This document shows positions 62,831-64,000 of a DNA stretch of 64,000 bases, in pieces. Both the position numbers and the translations under genes were made by a program. Below the pieces are notes generated by a model. The model made no database searches, was not told the origin of the DNA, and saw nothing but the letters and a program-made list of their open reading frames with translations. The stretch lies in NCBI RefSeq assembly GCF_009914755.1, contig NC_060933.1, one strand, 5' to 3'. Numbering within the stretch: the first letter of the stretch is position 1; each line of letters begins with the position of its first letter. Origin of the DNA: the human T2T-CHM13v2.0 reference genome, Homo sapiens.

Positions 62831-63052
62831 CATAAAGCACTTAGGACAGAATTAGGCAGGCGGTAAACCCTCAATGAATGTTAGCTATTATTATTACTGT
62901 TAGTGATTCTTCAAAGTGAGGCTCCCATGTCCCTCCTCCTTGACTTCTGCAAGCTCATAATCACACCTTCCTTGTCCCCACCACACCCTGCCAATCTCTC
63001 AATTATAGTAAGGAGCACACCGCTCTTTAAATACCTGTATATCTTTTTCCAT

Positions 63053-63133
63053 TTAGGCTGAACCAAATGAAATTGCCATTTCTTGTAAGTCAAAAAAAGT
63101 CACATACTGGCCGTTTCATGTGGTTTAACCTAG
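63053..63133. mobile_element. MADE2-like mariner-derived MITE (about 80 bp)
   Basis: Terminal inverted repeats TAGGCTGAACCAAATGAAA / TTTCATGTGGTTTAACCTA. Confidence 0.72.
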
Positions 63134-63781
63134 TAAGTTTCCCATAGCAGCCTGCAGACCCCCAGGAGGCACAGTTTGACCACAGAAGCAAAGTCACCTA
63201 CTCCTGGCCCTTTAGACCAGGTGTGATTGCAAAGCACGTCCAATCTGTTCTGAAGGAGGCAAGGCATGGATTATAGACTTAAAACACAAGAAGATTCTGC
63301 TGAATTATTTTCTGGACCTCCTGAGATTTGGCAGAGAAGATAAAAACACACCAACTTCTAAAACGATCCAGCTTCTGGCCATTTTGAAATAGCAAAGGTT
63401 TAAGGCTGAAACCCCTCGGTGGGGAGCTAGCTACCTGCCTCTAAGGGGATTCATTTAATGAATCTCCTTCCAATCTCGGCTTTGCTACTGAGATTTGTTC
63501 ACTCTAAGAGGTTGGCTGTCAGAGCTCAAACAAATTCAGCAACTGCTGAGTCTACCCCCATTTCACAGATGGAGAAAGTGAGGTCCAGAGAGGGGAACGG
63601 ATCGGCCCAAGGTCACACAGTAGGGAAGAGGAAGACTTCAATCTGGAATCTATGTCTGCTGACTTTAGTCTCATGGTCTTTCTTCTGGATTAAACTGTTT
63701 CTATGCTGGCCAGACTCCGGTAATGTAAGCTTCAGTGCCACTATTTTTTAAGCTGTATTTGTCAAATGAAATGTTTATTAA

Positions 63782-64000
<219 letters not shown>

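Overview
Human (primate) genomic DNA, Alu/L1/L2/MIR-rich, lying entirely inside CORO2A (coronin 2A) on the minus strand. Ten GT-AG coding exons (called E2-E11 here) splice into an uninterrupted 1446-nt frame. It encodes residues 1-482 (MSWHPQYRSSKFRHVF...PPPKTENE): the coronin N-terminal motif, the WD40 beta-propeller, the C-terminal extension and the unique region. The last coding exon (coiled coil, stop codon) lies left of the window. No strong CpG-island promoter is visible, so the main first exon probably lies right of it. The rest is intron filled with interspersed repeats, and the long ORFs in the track are Alu, other-repeat or intron read-through artefacts. I found no evidence of a wholly new biological system. 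The observations most worth following are: (1) a module near 46.1-47.7 kb made of a candidate alternative non-coding first exon, a 25-bp CACCC-box/G4 minisatellite with a 121-bp higher-order duplication, and a CpG-enriched patch; (2) a start codon that is the first base of its exon; (3) three UGCAUG motifs plus inverted Alus around E11; (4) exon phases that would make possible circRNAs endless ORFs; (5) a 223-bp local duplication at about 95% identity; (6) nested transposons, including a split palindromic MER53. Repeat boundaries and subfamilies were assigned by eye and are approximate.
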